This document shows positions 11,901 through 22,260 of a stretch of DNA of 64,000 nt, piece by piece. The DNA lies in NCBI GenBank assembly GCA_013265495.1, contig MU059330.1, positions 14,145,980 to 14,209,979 of the forward strand, written 5' to 3'. Origin of the DNA: Vicugna vicugna. Taxonomy: Eukaryota. Made by a program: the position numbers and the translations under genes. The notes under the pieces are model-generated. The model made no database searches. It had not been told where the DNA came from and saw nothing but the letters and a program-made list of their open reading frames with translations. Every line of letters starts with the position of its first letter. Within the stretch, counting starts at the first letter, position 1.

Positions 11901-14900
11901 TTGAAAAGAATTCAAAACCAACAAGATGGATGAATGATTTGTAGAACAAGCGTTTGCTTGGGTAGGGTCTAATGTGGCAATTCTCGCAGTGACAAACCAG
12001 GATCACCGGTAGGGTCCCTGTGGGACAAGCAGAGGTGTCGCAGGGTAGGGGGGCCTCGAGGCACAGGCCTGGCAGTCGGCCGCCAGTCGGACTGAGACTG
12101 GCCTGAGCTGTGCAGGGAGACGTGGGTTTTCCTGAGCTGTGGCGTCTCGGGGCAGAGCAGCAGGGAGAGCCTGAGGGGCCGCTTGCCGTCTCGTCTTCCT
12201 TTCAGCTGCTCTTTGACTTCCTGGCATTTAAAAATGACATCAGCTTCTGGAAGAAGAAGAAGAGCATGACCGGCATGTCCTCCAAGGCAGGTGGGTGCCC
12301 AGGGCCCCCGGCCACAGAGCGCGCCCCCCCAGCACCACAGGCCCGCCGCTTCTCGTGGGGCCTGTGCTGTGTGACCGCCTCTCGTTCACGAGGTGCCTTG
12401 GAGCCCGCGTCCTAACAGCCCGGCTGTGTGAGCCTGCGACCGCGGAGGACGGGGCCCCGCCCGGGTCACAGGTGGCACAGGTGCTGGCTCTCAGTGCCAT
12501 GTGTCGGGTCGTGGTCTCCTGTGGCCGCCAAGCTGAGTCTCAGATGAGGGAGGCCGTTCTCTTCATCCCGTGGGAATAACACTGAGGGGTGGTCTGGGTG
12601 CTTGGGTGCCCCCCCGCCCCCAGCCTTTTCAGGCTGTGGCGTGAGCAGTGTGTGTCCCTGGGCCTGACCTCCCCCGAGAGGGGTGCACGGCAGGGCCTGG
12701 AGCACAGCCTGAAAGGACGGGCAGGTTTTAAAACAAACTCGGGATCATAGACTCAGCGTGAAAGCAGGAACGTGTGGGGCTGGACCTGGGGAGGCAGGGC
12801 TGCGATCGAGTCAGGAGCCGGTTTCCTCCGTGGGCCTGTGCAGCTGTGTGTACAAGTGTAACTGCCACACCAGCCGAGTGCCTTCTGCGGTCCAGCCCTT
12901 CAGTCATTTCACACCTCCCGTGGCTGCACGTGGCCCGCTGTTCCCTTTCAGTGGATGGAGGGGAAGCGTGGTTGAAGCTGCACGCGTGCGCCCCCCACCC
13001 CCGCTCAGCCCCGCCCACTCAGCCCCTCTCTCTGCCCCTAGTGCTCTGGCGCTGCTTCAGCACGGTGGTCATCTTCCTGTTCCTGCTGGACGAGCAGACG
13101 AGCCTGCTGGTGCTGGTCCCTGCGGGCATTGGAGCCGCCATCGAGGTGCGTCGCCCCCAGGGCTTGTGTGGTCTGAGCTCCCATGTGTGGCTGTCCCTGG
13201 GCCTCAGCCCCGGCGCTGTCGGAACCCACATCCCTGGCCGAGGAGGGTGGGGCCCCCTCGGAGGGCACGGGCGCGGCTGCCGGCCAGAGCAGCAGACTGC
13301 CCTGTGTTTCTTGTCGTCTGGAAGCTTGGGCTCCTCGCATCTTCCCACAGGTCACGATCACCCCATGGCTTTGGCTGTGCTGGGTGCCGTCCCAGAGACA
13401 CGTGGCAGGCAGGCGCCCCGTGACCTGCTGGTTGTATGGGGCTCAGGGAAAGCAGCCTTGTGGGTCTGGGGCACTCGGGGCCGAGAGTGGAGCTGGGGTT
13501 GGGGCACAGGAGCAGTGAAGGGGTGGCCGGCCAGGATCTCCCCGCTCTGCGTGTCCCAGGCCCCGCCTGCGGCTGGCTGGGACCCTCCCATGGCCACAAG
13601 TCACTGCACAGACACCAACCTCACGGGCCGTTGTGCTTGTCCTGTCTTAGCAAGGCGGCCCGTGGGGTCGGTCCTGGAGAGACCCCACAATGGCAGGACA
13701 TGGGGCTGGGGTCTCCCAGGTACCAGGGGAAGGTGCTGAGGCTAATTTGGAAGCAGGCAGGGTGGGGCGAGCTGGCTGAGTGCAGAGGAGCAGGGAGGGA
13801 ACTTGGCCAGAGGAGGACAGCCCAGCTGGTGCCGTCCCGGTGGCGCCGAGCAGGTGGCTGGGTCCATGTGGGCGGACAGGCTGGATGCCCTGAGTGTGAG
13901 CAGCAGAGGGAAGCGGCGCCATCAGGTGGGCAGGGGTGTGGGGCCCTGAGCCGGCCCTGAGTGTGCCGTGGCCTCCCCCTGGTCCCGGAACCTCATCGCC
14001 CACTCTTCGTTCCCCCTCAGCTGTGGAAAGTGAAGAAGGCCTTGAAGATGACGGTTGTCTGGAGGGGCCTGAGGCCCACGTTTCAGGTGGGAGCTCTGCC
14101 GTCGGAACCCTCCCGTCCTCCGGGTTCTGCGCCCCACCTCCTCTCCGGCCGGCCCGCTCGCGGGGCCAGGTTGTCTGCTGTCACGTTTCTCAGCTATGTC
14201 CCCAGCGGATGTGGGACGTGAGGGCAGGCGAGCGTCACTTGGTCACTCACTGATCTCTTGTCTGCGGACTGGTGGGAACACAGGCTTCTGGGAGCGGGGA
14301 GGGTGGGGCGGGTCACCGCTCTGCAGCTCTGCCCACCAGCGACCTGGGCGTTCTCACTACCCTGGGGTCCCAGGCCTGGCCCTGCCCGCATGCAAGCTGC
14401 TCTCCCACCTCCCTAACAAGACAGGATGCTGGCTGGCCAGGTGCAGGTGTGGCATCCATGCTTCCCGCTCCTGCAGCAGGTGTGCTGCTGCCCGCAGCAC
14501 GGTCCACGCTGGTCCCACACGGCTGTGCTGGGGGTCACTAGCTTCCTGGGAAGATTGGGTGGGGCTGGATGTCAGTATGAGGTTTCTGGTCGGGGCCCTC
14601 ACTCCTCTTCTCACGATGGGCTTAAATCAAGGAACCTTAGTCTGCGTGGCCTTCAGGTTTCCAGGTCGAGGGCGGGACACCTGGAGGTGGGGTGCAGTTT
14701 GTTTTGTTCTAAGGCCAGTGACCCACCTTTACTGATTTAAGAGCAATGTTTTCACTGCAAACCCAGCGGGACTGGGGACAGGAAGTGGCCGCGAGGAGTG
14801 AGGCACGTGGCGGGCTGCTTCTGGCCACGTCGGGCGATGGGGCTGGTGGGTCGGGGCCTCTGCGCCCCGTGCTCTGAAGTTGGGGGGCTTCCACGTCAGC

Positions 14901-17900
14901 CACACTCAGCTCAGGGCACAGCCTCTGATGCCTGTTTGGCCAGTTAATTAACACGACTGTGTTGAATTTCACAACAGTTTGGCACGTACAGCGAGTCTGA
15001 GAGGAAGACTGAGGAGTACGACACTCAGGTGGGTGGAGCTGCGCGCTGGGCGGGGTCCTGCGGCGACTCCCCCTTGGGAGGAGGGCGGCTGGGCCGGTCC
15101 CCTGTGTGTGGCTGCGGGCCTGTCACGGGGCCGTGGGCCTCCCAGGGGCCCCCATGTCCTGAGGCCATCGCTTTCCCCGCCGTGGGAACCCGCAGGTTTC
15201 AGCTGGATTTCACGTAGCACTTCCCGCACAGGGATGATTGTGTTTTCCGGTTTAGGGGGCATCGCCTGCCTCCTAGTTTTGGGGGGAATTTGAAAAAGTT
15301 TAGATCAGAACAAACAGTGATGAAGCATGTCTGCTAGAAGGCAGTTGGACACCGGCTCTGGGAGCGTTTCTCCAGAGTCCTGTCTGAGACGCTTGCTCGC
15401 TGGCCTGAGGGTTGTCAGTGTGGCCGGTTCTCCTGGCCCCGCGCGGACGCGTCCTGCTGCCATGTGGTCGCGGTGGGGACGCCCTGAGGTCTGGACAGAT
15501 GTGCGCTGTCCTCCAGCACAGCCTCGCGCAGGCCGGCCGCTGGGCTCCCGGGCGTGCGCCCTCTGTCTGCAGTGTAGTGAGCGGCGCCTGCGCGGGCCTG
15601 GCGGCGGCGCTGACAAGTCTCTGTTGGCTACAGGCCATGAGGTACCTGTCTTACCTTCTCTATCCGCTGTGTGTCGGGGGCGCCGCCTACTCTCTGCTGA
15701 ACGTCAAGTACAAGAGGTGAGAGCCCGCTGCCCGGGTGCCCACAGTGACGGGCCGCCTGCCGCTGTGCGTCGTCACTGCAGCGTGGATGGTGGCTGGGCT
15801 GACCCCGGGCCTCGCGGGGTCGGGAACATTTGTGGGAGCAGAACTGAATGCACAGCCTGCGGCCCTGATGGCTCTGCGCAGTTGGCTGTGGTTCCCCTCC
15901 CCCTGGAAGTCTTGGGGGGAAAAGCCTGTTGGGGCTGCATCTCCACCCGCGCCTCGGTGGGCGCTCCCGGGAAGCAGCTGTCACAGCAGCGTCTGGGCAG
16001 GGCCTCGGGCGAGGGCAAGGGGTGCAGCCATTAACTGCCAACATGGGCGCAGCCACCCCTCACCGCCTCTTCCCTTCCAGCTGGTACTCCTGGTTGATCA
16101 ACAGCTTCGTCAATGGTGAGTCCTGCGTCTCCCGCCTCAGCCTGAGCGTTGGCCGCATGTTCCTTTGTCGCACTGCTGCGTGACCCCAGGGCGGTGCGAG
16201 GCTCCCCGCCAGGCCCTGCCCCGCCCCACGCTAGGCCCCGTGTGGCCCGGTGTGTCTGCAAGACCAGCCGGGGGCGGCGTGCTCTTCAGGGAGCAGTTCC
16301 CCCGGACTGTAAATGCTACCTTAGAGCACAAGGGTCCCAGCCCGCCTGCTCTCCAGGCCTGTCCTGACCACACTGCTTTCTGGTGGCAGTTAGGGGCCAG
16401 CTGGGTCGTCCACACAGCAGGAGGGCCGTGATCACCAGGTGCGGGGCAGGAGCCCTGTCACAGCCCCCAGCACCGGCTCGGCCCCTGGGCGTGGGGGTGG
16501 TTCACTGGGGTGCCCACGCTGCGGGTGTGGGTGGTCCTGTTGCCCAGAGATGCGCAGGTCGGCTGGTCATGCGCACAAGTCTCCGCGCCGCGTCTGTCTC
16601 CCCAGGGGTCTACGCTTTTGGCTTCCTGTTCATGCTGCCCCAGCTCTTCGTGAACTACAAGGTAAGACGCCCCTGTCCCCACGGTGCCTGTCCCCATGTG
16701 CCCAGTCCCTGACACGCCCTGTCTCCTGTCCCCAGATGAAGTCAGTGGCGCACCTGCCCTGGAAGGCCTTCACCTACAAGGTCAGTGCTTCACCTGCTGA
16801 GGCCACACACACTCGCCCTTGGGCTGCACTCCTGGGGGAATGTCTGGGGGTCCCCCTTAGAAAGCTCTGAAGTTACTGTGGGGACTTTAAAGGTCCGCGT
16901 TTGTCACAGCAGCAGCAGATGTCCCCTTGAGTTAAAAGCCGTGTTGTTTCTCGGCAATTGTTAGCTGAGGACAGACAAGTACCCATGGCCTGGCGTCCAG
17001 GGTGCTGGCTCCACGTCAACCCAGACAGTGGGTCTGCTCACCCCCCGGCCAGTCTGGGTGCGTTGTGGCCGGTCCCACACGCAGGGAGGCTGGACCCTGT
17101 GGCCCTCTGGTGCTGCTGGGACACATGACCCGGCTGTGAATTAGAGCCTCGGTGTTGGGGTGGGGGGCGGTTAAAATTCCTTCGGTTTTCTGAGCAAAAC
17201 AGCTGTTCCTGGACAGGCTGCACCGTGTCGTCACCCTGGGTTCCCAGGCAGTTCTAGGTCCCGGGTGTGGGGAACCGGGTAGGGAGTACCCGGCTGTGGG
17301 GTCTGAGCCGGGCGGGTGTCAGGGCACCAGGGCCCCCTTGCTGGCTCCCTGCTTTGTGGGGCAGCTCTGAGGCTCGAGTCGGCGGTGCAGGTGCTGGGGG
17401 ACGACGCGCCCGGTAGCTCAGGCGGGCGCGGGGGGCAGCACGTCCGTCTCACGGCCCTGCCCCCACGCAGGCCTTCAACACCTTCATTGACGACGTCTTC
17501 GCCTTCATCATCACCATGCCCACCTCCCACCGGCTGGCCTGCTTCAGGGACGACGTGGTGTTCCTCGTCTACCTCTACCAGCGGTGGTGAGCGTGGGCCG
17601 AGGCGCGGCTTTGCAGGGTGGATGGGCGCGTCTGCACACGCTCGCACCCGGGCCTGCCCGCAGGGAAGGCAGCTGTTGGGTGGCGTGTGTTGCCCAGGTT
17701 AGGGCCCAGTTTCTGTCCGAGTGATCTGTACCCCTGTGAGCGTCTCTCCCTGAAGCGTGTGGCTGGAGCTGCCCTGGCAGAACAGGCAGGCGGCCGCCGC
17801 CTGGCCCCTGTGCTGCGCTCCGCGTCGAAGTCTGCGGGTGGGGGTCCCGGCCCTGCCTCTACTCTGGCACAGCTGTCCTCGTCCTCCTGTGGGCCGTGAG

Positions 17901-18122
17901 AGCAGAGCTCGGGCCTGATGGTTACAGAACCACCAGGAGGGCACCAGACAGCTGTAAACTCCCAACTGCCGCGTGTTGGTCATCGGGCACTGAGGACTGG
18001 CCTCCCTCCCTCGCCAGCCAGGCGTGACGTGCCCTGGACCCCATTGCAGGCTTTATCCTGTGGATAAGAGCAGAGTGAACGAGTTCGGCGAGTCCTACGA
18101 GGAGAAGCCCCGCACGGACTAG
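5665..18122 (+). CDS. CLPTM1L: CLPTM1-like protein (ER lipid scramblase), complete 17-exon CDS, 1605 nt / 534 aa
   Basis: Exons 5665-5826, 6214-6314, 7193-7382, 8723-8868, 9673-9751, 11264-11381, 11660-11754, 12206-12290, 13042-13145, 14021-14086, 14978-15028, 15634-15716, 16081-16115, 16606-16661, 16736-16780, 17471-17586, 18050-18122. All GT-AG; spliced frame is open from [19 protein letters not shown] to YEEKPRTD*; peptides match the CLPTM1L sequence I recognise. Confidence 0.98.
6214..6314 (+). CDS. CLPTM1L: CLPTM1L exon 2
   Basis: [34 protein letters not shown]; cag| and |gtatgg. Confidence 0.96.
7193..7382 (+). CDS. CLPTM1L: CLPTM1L exon 3
   Basis: [26 protein letters not shown]...[10 protein letters not shown]. 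Confidence 0.96.
8723..8868 (+). CDS. CLPTM1L: CLPTM1L exon 4
   Basis: [23 protein letters not shown]...DVHRYMKM; donor |gtaagt; tandem AG acceptor makes the start uncertain by 3 nt. Confidence 0.94.
9673..9751 (+). CDS. CLPTM1L: CLPTM1L exon 5
   Basis: [26 protein letters not shown]; donor |gtgagt. Confidence 0.95.
11264..11381 (+). CDS. CLPTM1L: CLPTM1L exon 6
   Basis: [39 protein letters not shown]. Confidence 0.96.
11660..11754 (+). CDS. CLPTM1L: CLPTM1L exon 7
   Basis: [32 protein letters not shown]. Confidence 0.96.
12206..12290 (+). CDS. CLPTM1L: CLPTM1L exon 8
   Basis: [28 protein letters not shown]. Confidence 0.96.
13042..13145 (+). CDS. CLPTM1L: CLPTM1L exon 9
   Basis: [35 protein letters not shown]. 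Confidence 0.96.
14021..14086 (+). CDS. CLPTM1L: CLPTM1L exon 10
   Basis: [22 protein letters not shown]. Confidence 0.95.
14978..15028 (+). CDS. CLPTM1L: CLPTM1L exon 11
   Basis: [17 protein letters not shown]. Confidence 0.95.
15634..15716 (+). CDS. CLPTM1L: CLPTM1L exon 12
   Basis: [27 protein letters not shown]. Confidence 0.96.
16081..16115 (+). CDS. CLPTM1L: CLPTM1L exon 13
   Basis: [12 protein letters not shown]; donor |gtgagt. Confidence 0.95.
16606..16661 (+). CDS. CLPTM1L: CLPTM1L exon 14
   Basis: [19 protein letters not shown]; followed by a 74-nt intron. Confidence 0.96.
16736..16780 (+). CDS. CLPTM1L: CLPTM1L exon 15
   Basis: [15 protein letters not shown]. Confidence 0.95.
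17471..17586 (+). CDS. CLPTM1L: CLPTM1L exon 16
   Basis: [38 protein letters not shown]. Confidence 0.97.
18050..18122 (+). CDS. CLPTM1L: CLPTM1L exon 17 (coding part)
   Basis: [26 protein letters not shown] 18120-18122; about 4 aa shorter than the human C-terminus as I recall it. Confidence 0.95.
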
Positions 18123-18531
18123 CTGTGCGCAGCAGGCCTGGGTGCCGGCCGCGCGTCCGGACGCTCTTGGTGGGACTCCTGGACGCCCCCTTTTCTGCGT
18201 TGCCAAAGTCTCCGAAGGCCCTCACGTCGTGTCTGGGACATGCGGGCAGCACTTAGGACGCCCCCAGCGTGCAACGCGTCGCCTGTCACCATGGGCGCAC
18301 CCAGTGTCTGCGGGGGCGGCGCCGTCACTGCCACGTATGCCGCCCGCCCGCCCGCAGACGCCGCGCAGGGAGGCACGGATTCAGCCTCACGCCGTCCGTG
18401 AGTGCTCCCGGAAGGAACGTCAAACGCCTCTTTAAATCCATTCCGTGTAGACTCTGGGGTCAAAGGCTTTTTTCCTTTTTGTTTAAAATTTGGTTGTTTT
18501 AAAGCTTAATGTATGTATGTTTCTATTTTAA

Positions 18532-18537
18532 AATAAA
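18532..18537 (+). terminator. CLPTM1L: CLPTM1L polyadenylation signal AATAAA
   Basis: AATAAA at the end of a U-rich 3'UTR stretch with TGTA motifs upstream, about 410 nt after the stop. Confidence 0.85.
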
Positions 18538-19908
18538 TTTCTCTGGCTGTCACATTTGTGCCAGCCTGGCACCGCGTGGAAGCTGTTTCAGATGCATACG
18601 TGGGTTCACCGCACTCCTGGAAGTGAGCACACGACGTACACTTGTGAGAAGGTGCAGATTTAAAGACTGACTCCAAGCCTTCAGGTCGTGGCTGCTCTTA
18701 AGCAATCACGCCTGCTGTTGCATCATCACACTCGTGAGGAGTCAGATGGACCAGGGCTCTCGGTAGAGAAATGCTCTAGGTTAGCACGGCGGGAGAAGAG
18801 CAGGCAATCCAGTCTCCATCATCCTGAGGTCACCCTGGCGGGCTGTGGTCTCAGAAGGTCATCAGTGGCCCTGTCCCTGGCATGTGTGGCTGAGGTGGTC
18901 GGCGGCTGGAGGTGGCCCTTGTGGTCAGGACCATGTGCCCCTCCACATGTCCCCACACAGAACTGACCGAGGGGTCAGCAGCGGTCAGCAGAGCCCAGTG
19001 GCCTCGCTCCACTTGAGAGAAACATCTTGGGTCTTCCAGGCAGGGCCCCACAGTCGGATCCTCCAGCCAGGCCATGTGGAGGGCACTCCCTGAAGGTCAG
19101 GTTGCCACGGGGTCTCGCCCTCCCCACGCCCACGGGTTTTCAGTCGCTCATTTTATTTGGGGCTGGGGGCTTCTCTGAGATCCGTGGGGCACTGATGAGA
19201 CTCGTGGCGGACGGAAGCCCGTGCCCAGGGGCTCCGGCACGAGCCACACACAGTGGCGCTCAGGCCTGTGGCCCAGCTCCGTAAAGGTGGCGTCCGGCAA
19301 AGCTCAGCTGTGCCTTGGAAGCCGCGCAGCCGGCCCTCGGCCCTCTCGCTTCAGTTTCAGAGGGAGACGCTGTCGGGGGGGGTCTGTTGTTTCTGCCGAG
19401 GCACCTGCCTTTGTTTCAGGGGGCATAAAGGTCGTCACAAGCAGTTCTGTGGACCTGACGGCGGGCCCAAGTGCTGGGTTTCCGGACGCGGTGGTGGGGG
19501 AGCCCTGCGGGCAGTCAGCGGGGTGCACGTCCCGCTCCTCGGCCGCTCAGTCGTCGCCAAGAGGCCTGAGCCCTGGGTCTTGGGGCTCCCAGGCTGCAGA
19601 TCCTGTTGCCCGTGGGCCGCCTTGTCGGCTGGCTGCTGAAGTCACGTTCTTTTAAGACATGTTTAGTTGATAGAAAGTCACAGGTTGTTCTTTCTAAAAG
19701 CTGTAATTGCATGTTTATCTTATTTTTTAAGATAAGCAGGACTTTAAATATTTAGGCGGAGTGTGAGAATGAGGCCTTAAGCCCTGCCAGCTTCAGGACT
19801 GGGCATTCTGGCTCCCGATTCGCCGTCAGGCCGTGCTCTCGTCACTGCAGTGTCCTAAGGGTGAATCGGCTGTGCTGAGTGACCCCACCCCCGGCCCGTG
19901 CAGGCCTG

Positions 19909-19926
19909 NNNNNNNNNNNNNNNNNN
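19909..19926. other. Assembly gap (18 N)
   Basis: N run flanked on both sides by cccgtgcaggcctg. Confidence 1.
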
Positions 19927-20339
19927 CCCGTGCAGGCCTGCCCACCCCCGCCCATGGTGCCCGTGCCCGCGGCCTGAGCGAGCAGCCGTCTGGACCCCCG
20001 GGGGTCTCCCAGTTCCTCCCAACTGGCCGTGGTGCTGCCTGGGTGGGTTTTTTCCTGGAGCATCCTTGATCCTCATAACATGAAGGCCATTTGTGATGAC
20101 TTCAGGGTTTTCAGGAGCACGTCATTCTCAAGTTGTTTGTTACAGGCCTTAGACACTGTTAACTCGCCTACTCTGAGACAGATTACTGGGGACAGGTGGA
20201 AAGCTTGCAGTCGACTAGGACACCAGGGGGAGCTCAGCTCCTGATTTCGGCCAGGGCTCCACACCTGCCTGGGCAGGTGGGCGCCTCCAACTTGAAGCGG
20301 TGGCTGCCCCGAATGAGCGTGGGAGCCTGCCTTCACCCC

Positions 20340-22260
20340 TCAGCACACACCACCCCTGTTATAGAAGAGATGCTGCTAACTTAGAATTCTTCACAAATGA
20401 AAGTGCATCTCAAAATACATTAAAAAATTAGACTTTACAGACACGCCAGAGCTGGAAGAATTCACAGCAAATCTGCTCCACAAGAAATGTTGCAGGAAGG
20501 TCTTCCAGCAGCAGAGGATGGTGCCAGGTGGGTGGAAATCTGATCTACACAGAGGACGGAGGGCACCAGAAGCAGTAACCACATGAGTAAGTACTGACTG
20601 ACTTTCATATCACTTACATTATCTTGCAAAGTAACAAACCACTTAAAGCCGAAATAATAACAATGTTTTGTGGGGCTCTTAACGTGTGGGGGGACACATA
20701 TGAGCGCCAGCACAGACGCAGGAGGTGGGCCACAGAGGCTCTCACACCAGGTGTGAGATGCGATGTGATTCCAGGCTGAGCGAGACAGGTTCCAGACACA
20801 CCATAAAGCCGACAGCGACCTCTAGAATAAAACGGTCAGTAAAGGAGACACACTACTCAGGACAGGAGGGGAGGGCGTAGCTCAGTGGCAGAGCGCGTGC
20901 TTAGCAATCCCCAGTACCTCCATTAAAATACATAAATTAATAAATAGATACACCTAATTACCTCCCCTCCCCTCCCAAAAATACTCAATGCAGAAGGCAG
21001 AACAATATGGAAAGAGGAGCAGAAAACAGTTGGGGCAAATCGAAAACCAGCAGCAAAATCACAGATTTAAACCCAGCCATATCAGTAATCACATCAAATG
21101 TAAATGGTTTAAACACTGCAATTAAAAGGCAGGGATTGCCAGACTGACTTGAAAAAGCAAGATCCAAGGACACAGATGGTTAAAAATCAAAGCCTGAGAG
21201 GAAATCCACCATGTCAACATCAGGAAACGTAGGTTTCAGAGAAATAACATTACCACAAAATAGTCGTTCCATAAAAACACAGGCATCGGTTCCTCAGAAG
21301 GACCCATCAGGCCTAAATGTCTGTGTGCCTAGTAACAGAGCTGTAAAGCACACGGAACAAAACTGGTTAGAAATGCAGGGAGAGGCAGTGGAGTCCACAG
21401 CTGGAGGAGGTTTCAGCGCCCATCTCAGTAGCGACCTACCAAGTGTAAGGTGCTCTCTGTCCGAGCATGGGAAGCAGACACGGTCGTCCCATGGGACCTG
21501 TTTGTAGCCACTCCACCTCCATCAGAAGTACACACATTCTTCTCAAGAGTATATAGCACATTTATCAGGAAAGGATATTCTGGGCCATAAAAGCAGCCTA
21601 AGTATATTTAAAATGATTAAAGTCATGCAAATTACGTTCTTTAGCCCCAACAGCAAAAAGACCTGGGAAGATGGCCATGTGTTTGGAAATTAAGTATCAC
21701 ACTTGAAATACACCATGGATCAAAGAAGAAACAAAAGGGAAATGAGAAAGTATTCTGAATGGAATGAGAATGGAATGAAAATGAAAACGAACACAAAATG
21801 CCCAAGGCTGTGTTTCTGGCGGCGGGCTGGAGCACAGCTGAAGCACGCAGGGCGTCCGCGGCCCGGCAGATGCGCAGTTCCCGCAGCTGCCGCCTCCAAC
21901 CAAGAGAGCGGATGAGACCCAGAGGCAGCAGAAGATGTAATAAGTATCAGAGCAAAAGCCAGTGGCAGAACAGACGACACGGAATGCCAATGAGCTCGAA
22001 ACCTGGCTCTTTGAGAAGACAGATAGAATGAAGACGCCTCCAGCCAGACTGATCAGGAGAAAGAGGGAAAACACAGTCATGGTGCCAGTTTTGAGGGAGG
22101 AGGCATCACTCCAGATTCTACACATTTAAAGAACAGCAAGAGAAAATCTTGGCTTACTTTGTGCCAGTGCAGCCAACAGTGTGGACACGAGGACAAATGC
22201 CCTGAGAGACACAAGCCACCAAAGCCCCCACAAGAAGAAATCGGTGACTGAAGAGCCCTC
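20340..22260 (+). mobile_element. Old L1M remnant (ORF1 end to ORF2 endonuclease and linker) interrupted by a SINE
   Basis: atatcagtaatcacatcaaatgtaaatggtttaaacact (ISVITSNVNGLNT, endonuclease N-terminus) near 21080-21117; ORF1-like C-terminus near 20380-20500; boundaries approximate. Confidence 0.8.
20868..20981 (+). mobile_element. tRNA-Ala(AGC)-derived SINE (camelid vic-1 type) with internal 20-nt deletion
   Basis: GGGGAGGGCGTAGCTCAGTGGCAGAGCGCGTGCTTAGC|AATCCCCAGTACCTCCA, then an A-rich tail with acctaattacctcccc and poly-A. Confidence 0.85.

Noticed and set aside
12774-13739. 321-aa ORF and similar long ORFs spanning single exons (15327-16034, 45861-46562, 60525-61463)
   Set aside because: Real exons embedded in stop-poor intronic flanks; only the splice-bounded parts match known proteins
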